Source: Eledone cirrhosa
Taxonomy: Eukaryota
Direction of reading: 5' to 3'
Assembly (NCBI GenBank): GCA_964016885.1
Contig: OZ024745.1
Coordinates: 39,680,001-39,744,000, forward strand
DNA length: 64,000 nucleotides
The position numbers and the translations under genes are program-made. The notes under the pieces are model-generated. The model did no database searches. It saw only the letters and a list, made by a program, of their open reading frames with translations, and had not been told where the DNA came from. Positions within the stretch are counted from its first letter, which is position 1. Every line of letters starts with the position of its first letter. This document shows positions 1-13,837 of the stretch, one piece after another.

Positions 1-238
1 CTGTCCTTGCACGTAATTGTTTTTCACCGCTCCTATTAATGACGTATTATTCGTTTTTTCCCGTTCTTTGCCAGAGAACGTCACCATGAACCAAAGTATC
101 GTCTTCCTGTCTTGCTCCGGTTGCAACGTTTTTTGAAATATCCAGTTCTGCGTTTACAGATTGACTTTGTTAGTTTCAGAAGATCCCGTTAAGGGTGAAA
201 GCAGCGATTCTTTGCTTAAACTTTAATCTGTTATTTTA

Positions 239-245
<7 letters not shown>
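1..245 (+). mobile_element. 3' end of non-coding hammerhead-bearing repeat (family A, probably PLE-derived)
   Basis: Near-identical to 36840-37095, 54815-55070 and (inverted) 38221-38340; runs directly into (TA)n. Confidence 0.75.
172..222 (+). ncRNA. Type I hammerhead-like motif, CAGAAGA core variant
   Basis: agttt-CAGAAGA-tcccgttaagggt-GAAA-gca...tg-CTT-aaact: stem I agttt/aaact, stem II ccc/ggg, stem III agca/tgct. Confidence 0.6.
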
Positions 246-313
<68 letters not shown>

Positions 314-410
314 AATATAAATATATATTTGTATATGTGTGCATGAATATAAAATATATATATATACATATATATATATATGTATATATATATATATGTA
401 TATATATATA
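241..410. repeat. Compound (TA)n/(TG)n microsatellite
   Basis: Direct reading. Confidence 0.95.
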
Positions 411-647
411 CCAACATAGTATTCACCGAAAGTTAGTTTCGGTGAATACTATGTTGGTGTATATATATACCGTCCAGCATCTTTTACAGCTATTGAGAGA
501 TAGAGACTAGATAGTTGTATGACTCTAACTGAGGACGACAGCAGTCGGCGTGTTTTGGCTGCTTAATCTTCATATGGGGGACAAAACTCTGTGAGTGAAC
601 ACCGTTAAATTTTCTCCCTCATATCAAGGATTTGAAGACAATTATTT

Positions 648-721
648 TCACCTGACGAGATCAGTAATAATCGATCGTAGCTGCACGATTGATCTATCTC
701 TTATTGAAACATGTGTCGTGA
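648..721 (+). ncRNA. Type I hammerhead ribozyme (canonical core)
   Basis: tcac-CTGACGA-[stem II region]-GAAAC-atgt-GTC-gtga; minimal stem III containing the palindrome acatgt, typical of PLE hammerheads. Confidence 0.75.
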
Positions 722-910
722 TTAAAATGATTGGAAATTTATACCATGCCTTCGGATCTTTATTTTGATATAAATACTCCGTTTTACATCATCTAACTGT
801 TCCCATAAATGGAATTGGAGATATACAAAAGCGTGCAGAACTTAATATTGCTAACAAAAATGTATTAGACCGTATGACACAACCAATAATACACCTTACT
901 ATATAACAAC

Positions 911-942
<32 letters not shown>

Positions 943-973
943 CATATATATACATATATATATATATATATAC

Positions 974-1023
<50 letters not shown>

Positions 1024-1031
<8 letters not shown>

Positions 1032-1434
1032 ACTTGGGGAGGGTCATATTTGTGTAATATTGCCATAATTAATTCCAGAACACAAATATATAAACAGACT
1101 AAATAAAGATGGCGTAGAAAATACAATGCGACGTGAGGAAACAATAGCACCACTGACGATGTTGCAGATGTGCAACGAAAGAACTTTGATAAACTATATA
1201 TATGTGTTTGTGTCTATATTGTATCTGTATTTTTGACCGTTGGTTAGTCAATGGCAACATTGAGGACCGAATAAATTAAATTAACCGATATAAAAGACAT
1301 AGAAGCGAAAAGCGACAAGCAACCAAACAGTGAGTGTGTTCTGTTATTAATTCTGGCAATATTACACAAATATGACCCTCCCAAGTATAACAATATTTGA
1401 TTCGACACACGATTTCATATCAAAAACCTCGCAA

Positions 1435-1437
<3 letters not shown>
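1024..1437 (+). mobile_element. PLE pseudo-LTR-derived fold-back element (diverged relative of the 51.4-57.6 kb family)
   Basis: 1024-1075 is an inverted copy of ~1345-1397; 1373-1437 resembles the MTLPKYNNIGFNTRFQIKNLAK start at 51944; flanked by (TA)n on both sides. Confidence 0.75.
1149..1190 (+). ncRNA. Minimal hammerhead ribozyme
   Basis: CTGACGA-t-gttgca/gatg/tgcaac-GAAAG-aa-CTT-tgat; same architecture as 51647-51691; stem I weak. Confidence 0.65.
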
Positions 1438-1471
<34 letters not shown>

Positions 1472-1481
1472 AACGAGTAGG

Positions 1482-1577
1482 ACACCGACGGCTGAGCTCA
1501 AGCCGTTTCGACGGCCAATTCTGGACTAAATGAACATATTTATCCTGGTATATGAATAGCCGAGTTTCTCAGGGGGT
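1482..1577 (-). ncRNA. Hammerhead-like motif, CUGAGAA core (inverted copy)
   Basis: Reverse complement of 2354-2449 with a few substitutions. Confidence 0.5.
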
Positions 1578-2353
1578 AATTCCATATATGGAATTACCAT
1601 ATATGGGGGGGGGGGGGGGTATTCTGAATTAATTTTCCGTATCAAATTTTTCATATACCTCGTACGAGCATTTAATTAGTTTGCACTACAATTTTTGTAT
1701 CGTAGCGGCACCTTTAGAGATAGTATTAGTATTCATTTTCGGGATTCTGAATTATTATTTCGTATTAGTTTATTTTTGCACTGGGTTTTGGCCTTGTTCC
1801 TAGGGTGGAGGAAATTATTTCGTATTAGTTTCGGGGCTTTGAATTATTATTTCGTGGTAGTTTCTTCCGTATTTTGACCCCCCCCCCCACACAAACACAC
1901 TTGTTGACCATTCACCGTAAGATAGACTCGGTTGATTACTACTAACTCTTAAAATGGTCTCATTACAATTCCGTCCCACCTAGTAAACTTTTCTATAGTT
2001 TAGCAGTACCAGTGAGAGACTTGATGACTGTCGTTAGGGAATAGTAACCAGACATTGTTTTTTTATATTTTTAACATTCTTTGTATTCTTCTATATATTT
2101 ACTCCATATTGATTTACTTATTGTTTCGACTTCCTCCTCCTCCCCCTCCCTAGTATACTTGCTTGACCTCCTGCCCTGCTGTAGGTCGCACTATCAATGC
2201 ACGACTGGGTTTCCTCCTCTCCCTCCCCCTCCTTCTTCTACTGGCAGGTTCAGCTACCCCTTCCTTCCACAAATTGCCATGATAGAATTATGTGTCTCAA
2301 CAACAAACTTTTGAGCAATCCTTGTGACAATCACTTTTACCATATATGGAATT

Positions 2354-2449
2354 ACCCCCTGAGAAGCTCGGCTATTCATATACCAGGATAAACATTTTCA
2401 TTTAGTCCAGAATTAGCCGTCGAAACGGCTTGAGCTCAGCCGTCGGGGT
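2354..2449 (+). ncRNA. Hammerhead-like motif, CUGAGAA core
   Basis: acccc-CTGAGAA-..cggcta...tagccg..-GAAAC-ggct-tgagctc-agcc-GTC-ggggt; stems I, II and III all pair. Confidence 0.6.
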
Positions 2450-2540
2450 CCTACTCGTTCCTATTACCCACTCTACTACCCTAAGTATTGAGTACTTTGG
2501 TGCGTTATGGTATACCTGGTTCCTTACCACATTTCCTTCG

Positions 2541-2573
<33 letters not shown>

Positions 2574-2574
<1 letters not shown>

Positions 2575-3208
2575 AGAATAGAAATGGCTGTGTAATTGTG
2601 TCTAAGGTAACTTAAAATGCAGTGGAAATACGAAGAAAGCAAGAACGGGGAAGGGGGGGTCCTCATCAGTTGTCTACTGGGGATCTCGGATATTTCTACG
2701 CTTTAAAGACAATATACCTCGCCCAAGGGCGTCAATAACTGGATAAGTTATTGGGAAAACGAAGGAAAGAGGGAAGGAAAGCAAAGAGAACGAACAGAGA
2801 AAACGGTAACAAAACAGCGAAAAAAACAGCGGAAAAAAACAACAAATCGAGCAATGTGCAAGAAAGTATAGGTAGGAGAACGAAGACCACTCGATAAGAG
2901 AACTTAAGTTCAAGACTGAGTTGTCGAGAGGAGAAAGACACGACCGATCGCCGCAGTTGTAAATGAGAAGAGAAGTGCTAAACGGTCAGGCGAGAGGGTG
3001 AAGGTGAGAGGGAGAAAGGGAGAGGAAGAAAGTGGGGTAAGAGTAGAAAGTAGCGAAATAGGTAGAAGGGGAGAGAAGAATGGTCACAGCGAAAAACATG
3101 ATGAAATATATAGAGAATAGAAATGGGTGTGTAGTTTCCATTTAAGGTAACTTAAAATGCAGTGGGAATACGCAGAAAGCAAGAACGGCGGGGGGGGGGG
3201 GGGCTCTT
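2574..3208 (-). mobile_element. Non-coding element with ~95 bp direct terminal repeats between (TA)n tracts
   Basis: 2574-2665 matches 3114-3208; CTGATGA on the minus strand at 2663-2669. Confidence 0.55.
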
Positions 3209-3974
3209 ACTATATATATATACATGTATATATAAATGGGTGTGCGCGTGTGTATGTGTGTGTGTAAGTGTGTGTGCACGAATATTGTGTATAAGTGTCA
3301 ATTTTCACAACAATTCTGTTTGGAAAGTGCTAAAGCATGTCATAGTCTTTGGTTATTTTTCAGGATCGGTTAGTTTATCTGATAGACCTCAGGGACATTC
3401 AGTTCTAACTTTTCACGTTAGGATACTCGTAGAGCTAATGTCCTCAAGCCATTTTAGAGGTCATTTCGTATATTGTTATTGGTATTTCTTCAAAATCATT
3501 GTATACAGTATATGCACTCTATTTGTAATAGCCTATACTGAATATATTGTTACGGCGACATTGTACACATCAATGGCTAAATTGATATATGTTCATAAAA
3601 GATGTTATGACTTTTTGAGTATAAAGAAAGACATTTACATCTTATGGTGTAAGCGAGCCTATAAAATAATATATATTTGGTGAATATTTCGGCGTACAAA
3701 TATCGCTACGCTAATACAATATACACTTAAGTATTGCAGTCAAACTGTTTAATATTCCAGACTAATTCGATGTGTGTACTTGTATAAGCTGACATACGTA
3801 GACACAGACACGTATAATCATACATTCATATATACATATATAAAATAAACATGCATAGACACACACACACACATACACACACACCCACATACACATATAT
3901 ATATATATATATATATGTTTGTACATACACACACACACCCACCCACACACACAACACAACACGCACACATAATA

Positions 3975-5045
3975 CTAGCAGCAGGACCTGACGTTACACG
4001 GAGTGGGAAAAGTGAAATCGCAACACGCATATGCAAATATTGAGGAATGCATACTTTTTGAATTCCCTTATTCTCAGGAAATGATTGTTCATCTAGAGGA
4101 AACGTAGAACACCAGCCGGCCGAATCCAGTAGTATCACTGTCAGTGGGCTGATTGCGTAAATCACGTATGCGAAAGGAGTAAGTAAGTATTTTGGGGCGA
4201 TGTATGTCGGAAGTCTGCTCACAAATTACTTCACGATTGGGGAACACAGGTCTGTCTGAAGGAGCGACGTAGTCAATTGTGTGAAAACCAAATAGGAATG
4301 TACGTTTAAGTAGGGATATTGAGATGACGAAATCAGCGTGGCAACGCAGCTGCAGCCGAAGCGGGTCATAGTGAAATTATCACAAATCCTGGGTGGCACT
4401 GGTTGCACTGCGTTTATACAGCAACAAAGGTGCGACAAATGGTATCACCGCGGAATTAGCACAACCGCTGTTCCGCGTACTTGCGCAGGGCGTTCATACT
4501 GCGTTGTAGGTGCAACAAAAGAGGTCTTAGTAGAAGTAGCACAGACGTGAGTTTTACGGTGTCAATAACACAGTAACGTACAGAGGGCCCGGTTTGCGAG
4601 TGATGAAAGCTCAACGCGTCAACAGGGCGCCGACCAACATTTTAAGATCCTCCTCATGTCCTCAATCACCGAAAATGGTCCTGCTTAAAAGTAAGTAATT
4701 GTTGTGTCCTCTGTTAAACAAACCAAATATTTAACGAAATATTATACGCTACTTACGATGTTTAAGTAGCGTTTATATTGAAAATGAAAACGGCATGTAA
4801 TGCCCAATGCTAATTCGCAAATTTCCTAGAAACCATTAACGGAATCGGAGATTTTTTTCCCACAGCAATTCGAGGGGATAAATGTGCTGCAAATTTCGAG
4901 GAAATCGTCTGGATTATCTTTAAGTTAGGCCTGAAAAAAAAATGCCTTTAAAATGTGGCTTTTCGCCTAATATGTGCCCCAGGGCAGAACAAGTAACATT
5001 TTTTTTTAAGTTTGAAAAAAAATCAGTCGGGTACTTCTCGAGTTT
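3975..5045 (-). mobile_element. Probable non-autonomous Helitron with scrambled Rep/helicase remnants
   Basis: Minus strand ends in CTAG (3975-3978) after a short GC-rich imperfect hairpin; remnants resemble Helitron motifs (ADFRHT, VFPN, VATLI, LIPR, NFTMT, LRxLLLH); 5' boundary uncertain. Confidence 0.5.
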
Positions 5046-5046
5046 T

Positions 5047-5228
5047 GAAGAGGTCACAGAATGTGTGACGAAAGAACTTTGACAATATATGAACAATCAT
5101 CTGGTTGTGGAACCAACCAACCAACCGGAAATTTATAAATTCCTAAATTTATATATTTATTATAATAAGTTGAAGTGAAAGCAATGAGGCGTGTGTTTCT
5201 TATTTGCAACATGACCCTCCCAAAGTAT

Positions 5229-5236
<8 letters not shown>
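5047..5236 (+). mobile_element. PLE pseudo-LTR fragment (family of 51.4-57.6 kb) starting inside the hammerhead core
   Basis: Matches the reverse complement of ~55620-55815; ends at tataacaatat into (TA)n. Confidence 0.85.
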
Positions 5237-5279
<43 letters not shown>

Positions 5280-5514
5280 CAGAGAGAGATAGAGAGAGAG
5301 ATGAGTGAGCCAAGGCCTGTCGATTGTTCTCTTGCTGTCTCGATAGCAAATCCAATATAAATATACACTCATATAATCAGCCACTTTAATGTAAAACCCA
5401 ATATTAACACATTGTTCTTCCCTCCTATTAATATTGTGTCACTCTCTCTCAAAGTATTAACCTTCTCTCAAGAAAATATACCTTTCTTACCTTCTCTACA
5501 TATCGCTACATGCT

Positions 5515-5577
<63 letters not shown>

Positions 5578-5856
5578 AGACCAACATTCTCCCACTCTCA
5601 CTAAAACAGCAAACTCTCTCCCACTCTCTATATCCCAATACATACTTCACTTTCGCTCACATTTCCCTCTCTCTCACTAGAGGACCAAATCCCCCCTCTC
5701 TATAACCCACTACACACCACATCCTCTCTGACTTATATCCCCTCTCTCAATAAAGCACCAACTTAACACCCCACTGTATATATCTCACAAGATATCTCAC
5801 TCTCTCAAACAATATCCTCTCTCTTTCACTCTCTCTCTCGATATATATATATATAT

Positions 5857-6225
5857 AATATAAAACGAAAAATCAGTGATGCATCTGGACTCAATTTATT
5901 GTGTGTTACAATCGTTTCCCCGGCAGACAGCTCGAGACACGATCATTGTATGGATCTGTCTGATTCTAGAACTGCAGGTTCGTCGGACACTTCCAATATT
6001 TCGGAACAAATATTCTCACTCAGTTCTAGAATCAGACAGATCCATACAACGATCGTGTCTCGAGCTGTCCGGCGTCGAAACATTTGTAACACACAATAAA
6101 TTGAGTCCATATGCATCACTGATTTTTCGTTTTATATTATATCACACTCTGCTCTCTCTGTAAGAACATAGAGTGTTCAACTGGCATACCGTCTATGGAA
6201 GCATCATAGCTACCATTAAACACAC

Positions 6226-6229
<4 letters not shown>
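5857..6229. mobile_element. Non-coding fold-back element (family C), ~113 bp arms
   Basis: 5860-5973 is inverted relative to 6022-6133; (TA)n flanks. Confidence 0.8.
5903..5990 (-). ncRNA. Hammerhead-like motif, CCGACGA core
   Basis: gtgt-CCGACGA-acctgcag...ctgccggg-GAAAC-gatt-GTA-acac. Confidence 0.6.
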
Positions 6230-6288
<59 letters not shown>

Positions 6289-6289
6289 T

Positions 6290-6594
<305 letters not shown>

Positions 6595-6724
6595 AATAAT
6601 GGGATAGATAGATTGGTGTAGACAGGCAGTGTATTGTTAGAATAATATTCAGGTTAACGTAATGCTGTTTCTGATATTGATAATTAATCATATGTTGTAT
6701 TGATAGGATCATTACCAGTACCAG

Positions 6725-6785
6725 TAAAGTACCAGTAATGTACTGCGTAATTGCTGGCCTTGTGCCTAAAGTAGAAACAATTATT
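6725..6785 (+). mobile_element. SINE 3' fragment
   Basis: taaagtaccagtaatgtactg...ggccttgtgcctaaagtagaaacaatta shared with full SINE copies. Confidence 0.8.
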
Positions 6786-7434
6786 GTGTCTTACCAGGCA
6801 CCTTATTATTTGTGTTCTGTCTGTCTAGGTTCAAATCCCGTTTTTATTTATCTTGCTTTTCATTTTCTAATTTAAACTCTTTTCAAATTCGGGGAGAACA
6901 ATTACCCCCTGTTCATTGTGTTGAATCCCTGTGTTACCAACCTAAGTATTTAATGATATATTTACTACTGGCGTTCGTATTTTAGGGAATTCCTCATCTG
7001 TTTATAAAACATTTATTCATAAAATAAATAAATCATCGTATATGGCAGGGTAGTATATATCAGTCACACGAGTATAAACTTAGTTGCTTAGTATATTATG
7101 TCGGTTCCAAAACGTGTTCCTTTCTTTTAAAATCGGAAAACCTTCTCATGAATATGATGTTCAAATAGCTGCGCAATCAAGCGACACGTGAACGCTTACC
7201 ATAGTTTTCAGAAGATTCAATATGGCCGTTTGTGTGGAAAGACTGGCTCCTGAATAACATGTACAAATCATTTTACCTCTCCTTTTTGTTGGAGAAACAT
7301 GACATAAAGTGTCTCGCTGATGGAATTAATATGCCACCAGGAATCGAAATCACAATTTTGTAAGCGTCAGCCGAATAAATTTCTCAAATTTACATGTTTC
7401 TTACTTCTGTAGAATTTGAAGTCACGTCTATGAA

Positions 7435-7435
<1 letters not shown>

Positions 7436-7479
<44 letters not shown>

Positions 7480-7505
7480 CTTCTTCTTCTTCTTCTTCTT
7501 CTTCG
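7436..7505. repeat. (GTT)n(CTT)n microsatellite
   Basis: Direct reading. Confidence 0.95.
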
Positions 7506-9397
7506 TCCACTGTGAGGATCGTTTAGGCAGAGTCCTCAGACAGCCCTTCTAGTGGGTGTTATGAAATCATCTTATGAATTATTTATTACCAAATATTCAT
7601 AAACATAGTAAGTGTAGGCACGAACATCGTATTGAAGATAGTGAATTTGGCGGTTACACCTATATATATTCATTGGAAAACCGATAGTTGAAGCTGGTGC
7701 AATATGCCTGCCACTTGCTCCTGTATTTCGTAATTTTATTGGCTGTGGATTCTCAGTATCGTTAAATTGTTTGAAAATATGCCTAGCGATATTTTCAATC
7801 AGAATACAATCTAGATGAAATTTACTATATAACATTCCTGTGTGGCGGAATCGATAGAATTGATAGATCCATTATATATAATTAGATGGTTTGTGCCAAT
7901 ATAAGACATTAATATTAATTAAACTTTAATTTGGCTGAAGAAATATTATAACGCTCTAGTTACAATTCACATATAGACACATATTCATATACACAATGAT
8001 ATTCACATATGTTTTTACAGGCATAAATTTAAGGAATTGAATATATACATACATATATGTGCCTTGCTTGTGCAAGTGTCTGTGTTTATTCTTATTCGTG
8101 TGCTTGCATTACACTACAAATTAACCCCTTTAGGAAGAAGTTTGTTTCTAAGAATAATATATTTCCATCACTAGAATTTAGACATCATCTGTGTAGATTC
8201 AAATACTAAACGTAAGAACTATGTCTTAAACTTATGTATTATCTCACTCATCTCAGATTGATATTTTAGAATACAGTTAATTTCGTTTTTCATTTCTTGA
8301 ACATTCCGATGCTCTTGTATAGTTACTGGAACATTACGAAATAAACCTGAATACCAAGAATGCTATCAGATACTAATATTCTACATATATTCATTTTTCT
8401 TGACAATAATATATGTAGTGGCCTAGTAACTCTGTTGGGGACTAATATCATGAGCCCTTCATATATTGTGCGTGTTTTCAACTATTATGAATTGCCCCCC
8501 ACTTTCCAATAATACTCTGTGATTTCATCGTTATTAGAACTTAGTCCAAGCTTTCTAATTAATGTGGCTATTGTTTAGCATTATCACATCCAACAGGAAA
8601 CATATATTAAATATGATTACATTTTCCTGATGAATGTTGTAATTCGATGGAGTTTAGTCTCATACCTCTTGTTGATTTTGTCATCAAGAAGAATCCTCTA
8701 ACTTAGCGCACACGGTTATTGTTGGTGTTGATGGTGTCAATATTACGAGAGGTGATATTAATGAGAATCATGATTATGATATTATTTACTTTCAGCTGAA
8801 CAATCTTAGTACGCTGTTCTTATTTTCTGAAATAATTTACCAAGGATTTCATTATCCACTATGTTCGTGTGGGGTAATTACTGTTGGATTGTGATGATAT
8901 GTCCATTAGTGAGTGAATGTGAAGAGATTATGCCGATGGCTCAGATTTTATTCAAATTTTATTTTACAGAATATTTTTCAGCGTATTTGTTGATGATATA
9001 AAACAATAGTAACACATTATTTAATGGAAGATAGAGAGCAATATTTATTTTTAGGTTCTTCTATATTGCAAGTAATCTGAGAGCAATATGTATCAGAAAC
9101 ATCAGCACCCAAGATAATATGAATACAATCGATCGCTCCAATTCCATCCATATTTCTGTACGAGCGTGAACTCAATTTACAACAGTGACGGAATTATATG
9201 GAATGTGGTGCAAAACAAATCTCCCCAATGACTTCGTTCGAAATGCATCGATGTTTTTCAACTTATTTGTTGATGTTTACAGCATTCACCGATTGGCATC
9301 AACTAAAAACACGAACACATGTATTGCAACCGAGCCGAACACACATGGCTAACTCCACAGGTCCTCGCGCACAGATTTGCCAAACACACACACACAT

Positions 9398-9445
<48 letters not shown>

Positions 9446-10737
9446 ATGTTTTGTGTCTCTGTGCGTGCGTCTGTGTGTGTGCAGTGTTCAATCGGGGGTG
9501 ACCACAGTAAGTTAGGTAATCAATACATAGCAGATCATAAATATTTAATATAGGAATGTCTTCTACAAGACTAGAAGTGTTTCATTCGAAAGAAATCAAT
9601 TAGAAGACCCTTGGGCTATATTAAATATATATGTATATTCAGTTGAAGATATATGAATTATGGTGAGGCTCTCGTATATAACATTTCTTTAATGTACCAC
9701 GCAGTTTAATTGAGTTGGGAACATAGTTGCTGCATTGTAAATCTTAGATCAAGTTATTGGAATGTCTATATAGACATTGGCTTCCTTCTTATAGTCATAA
9801 TTCACTTAATGATCATCAGAATCTATCCCATGCAGTGACACAAAGTCATATCTAATCCTTTGAGTTTAATGGGGATAATTCAATTTAGTACCGTCAAACC
9901 AGAGATATATTCGAAATCTTGCAAAAGAAAGCACTCCGACATAAAGCTTCGAAGATCCAGCTGGTGCTGCTGAATCAGGTGAGGATTTAATTTAACCACA
10001 CACATATATGACACAGCATGACTTTAACTAACATCATAAAACTCTAAAACAATTAAATAAAACACATGGTCTGATGCTCTAAGTTTTCCGCCAATAGTAG
10101 GCAATGCTATTGGCGGAAAATTTAGAACTTCAGAATTATACGTTATTTTAACCCTCCTATATGTGAATCAAGAACGCAGAGCCGGAACAAATACAATTTT
10201 TCGGCATTCTAACATCTCGCCACCTATTGCGTGAGAGAAATAACTTTATGTTACATAATGAAGTTGGTGTGGAAAAAAGTTGTTCGTACCACCTCATTTA
10301 ATAGAGAAATGTTCCGTTCAACAATACTCACTTCTATTATTTTCTACTAGTTTTGTCATTCGCGTGTAAAGCTAATGTTGGATAATTTCAAACCACTTGC
10401 AATAGAGGTAACCTAGAGGCCATGTTTCATAAGGATGACTGCTGCATACCAACATGCGTTGATGAGTCAATATATATCATATATCAGTTCTTGATTTTGT
10501 ATATCCTCTAGCAATACATTCGATAACGTTCAGCATGGGAATGTGATTTGGATTTCTCGACATTCCTTTCAAAAACAGTATCTACTATATTTGTAAATTA
10601 CAACTTAAGGTAAAAGCATGCAACTACACATATTACAGTTGTAAATTATTATTTTCTATACTAATGTATTCGCTCTTCTCCTTCCCTTCAAATTGCTGAG
10701 TTTGTGTCATATATAGAAATAAATTATATATATAATG

Positions 10738-10872
<135 letters not shown>

Positions 10873-11480
10873 TTTGAATGTGTAAACAGAAATAACAAAG
10901 CGAAATACACATCGTCATCAAGAGATATATTAGCTTCCGCATTAAATATAAGGGAAAGGTGCTTACATTTCGCACACTAGTAATCTATAAGATGAATGAA
11001 TGAGGAATAAAAGATAAAATAGAAAGATAAAGAGCGAGAAGAAGGAGGAATTTTAAAAAATTGAGAAGAAGACACGCGCGTATATGGTCAGAAACTTGGG
11101 ATGTATATATCTCTGTATGTGTGTATTGTGAGTATGTATGTATGGGGAATGCGTGTATGTGTAATTATCTACAGTGTATTTTCTTCTGTGAATGTATCAT
11201 ATATTTCAATTTACATGTGTAAATATTTGAGTACGCGTATATGTACTAAGGTTTATTTCATCACATAGAGTTTTGCATACTATATATACACAAATTACAC
11301 AGCAGGTGCTCACATATATTTAAAAAAAAAAATAGTAGATTCAAAAGAGATGGCTGGTAGCATTACCTCGCACATTTTCTACGCAGTCGTATATGATCTA
11401 TTTCCCATTTGTCTCAATAAGATTTAAATAAAACACTATTGGGCCGGAAAAACTGTAGTTTAAAAATCTACTGGTTGGAA

Positions 11481-11546
<66 letters not shown>

Positions 11547-11648
11547 AATAAATTTAAATAAATAAATCAAATGTTTAACATTTGGCTTCGTTTATTACTG
11601 CTATATATATTTCTGCATACTGAGGTGTTGGTACACAACCATATACTC

Positions 11649-11705
<57 letters not shown>

Positions 11706-12197
11706 CCCATTTACAAGCGTGAACCTAATACCAACACTGTTCGTAACTACACTGCTTGTTATTGTTTTTGATTTTTAATTTTCCTATATATATTAGTTGT
11801 GATCAATTATTTAGAAACCAATATTCCATTTGGCGATAAAGCTATACCAATTAAGGCTCAGTAGCATCACAGAGTAGAGAGTGAGCCGAATTCTAAAGAC
11901 ATTAAATCATGACATCTAGTATTTCGAACACAGTAGGAGGAAATCCGTCCAGTTCTAGAAGAGATGAAGTATTGACTGAGGCAAATAACCTCTTTATTTT
12001 AGTTTTGATTTTCTATTGTTTCTCAAACGAACGGTCATTGATTATAATCTCGGCTCAGTCAGTGCCGACCAGGTAATACAATAATATCCAGAACAATAAT
12101 ATCCAGATCTATCAATCTCTCAATTCATCTTTCTTTATACGTAGAAAGCGATATTCTGAACCTCTAAACAGTACACGCAAGAGCTTGTTCTTGTATG

Positions 12198-12199
<2 letters not shown>

Positions 12200-12275
<76 letters not shown>

Positions 12276-12297
12276 GCGCGCGCGTATATATATATAT
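12200..12297. repeat. (CA)n(CG)n(TA)n microsatellite
   Basis: Direct reading. Confidence 0.95.
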
Positions 12298-12654
12298 TTA
12301 TTATATATATAAGTGTATCCCTCTCTCTCTATATATATATGCATATGTATGAGTCAGTGTGTATGTGAGTTATTATACATGCATTTCATAAAAAAAACCC
12401 ATCATCAGCAACAACAAAAGTGTTTGGTTACATATAGACCAAACCGACAGGAGACATACGATACAGAATTCAAAGCACTTAGGAAAACAAATAAGATTTG
12501 CACATGAATACTTCTGCTACAGCTAAATTCATCCAACAAAATTGTTCTGCATTTTTACATTTCTAAGAATAGTTTCCCTGATTTTCTCAAATATAGTGGT
12601 TGAGTGATGGTATTATTTTGTCCGTTTGGTAAAGCTAGCATTTCAAAACTCACA

Positions 12655-12721
<67 letters not shown>

Positions 12722-13258
12722 AGAGAGAGAGAGAGAGAGAAATATTTACATATACACCAATTAAACAAAGTCACAGATATATATGTGTTTTTGCAACCAT
12801 TCACGATGTGGCTCAATCAAGAATTAATGAATTAAATAATCAGAGCAATATACTATAAACTAAAGTATGTCAATATAATCATTTGGTAATATATATACAT
12901 CATTTCCTCTCCCAATTAGCATAATTAAACGGCACCTATGAAGAAACAGTAAATAAATAAACGATAACAGCCTCTTCGCGGCCAATCGCCATAGAATATT
13001 TACCCAACATTTCAATAGCACGTGGAAATTAATTAAATATATCGTCAACCATACACAATTAGGTATAACATTAAAGTTAGAAATGCTTATATACATACTA
13101 GGATTACGTCCCGACCCTTGGGTTCGTTCTCATTTTGAGATATCCTATAAGGATAAATCTCGAGTTTTAATTATGCTAACTAATGTTAATTATGGTAATT
13201 GGGAGAGGAAATGATGTATATATATTATTAAATGATTCTATGGACATACTTTACTTTA

Positions 13259-13310
<52 letters not shown>

Positions 13311-13422
13311 AATTAATATCTAGTAACATATATATACTTACAGATGCATATCAATGCTAGCAAATATATACGTTTTGTCTTAGTAACTTTGTGGTTCAAT
13401 GCATGGGGTTGCAGAACAATAA

Positions 13423-13837
13423 TATGAGAGACGTAAAATAAGAAAATTATAAAATTAACTTACTTACTAAAATTTCACTCCCAACTAATTAGTTTCTGAA
13501 ATGGAATAAATATACTTTCCGAAGAAAATATATGGAAGCATTTCGTCGTCAGGGAAGACTATTCTCAGCTAAGTATCCAGGCAAAGCGTGGACTCTGGAA
13601 ACTTATACAAAAATAATTCAGTGGATAGAAAATAGCAAAGCGTGGACTGAATTCCTAGCCATTGAGAAAATCACTGCCTCTGCGTCGGTGGCAAATTCAA
13701 AAAGAATGAATCACGTGACATCGACGAAATGCTTCTCTATATTTTCTTCGGAAAGTATATTTATTCCATTTCACAAACTAATTAGTTGGGAGTGAAATTT
13801 TAGTAAGTAAGTTAATTTTAAATTTACTTATTTTACG

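Larger units (their letters stand above)
1470..2543 (+). mobile_element. Non-coding fold-back element with ~130 bp inverted arms (family B)
   Basis: 1470-1603 is the reverse complement of 2339-2462; both ends abut (TA)n; another fragment at 63256-63299. Confidence 0.8.

Noticed and set aside
7203-7255. cagaaga...gaaag...ctc hammerhead-like words
   Set aside because: Stem I does not pair.
9888-9984. Possible exon ending cag/gtgagg
   Set aside because: Weak acceptor and no recognisable peptide; not supportable.
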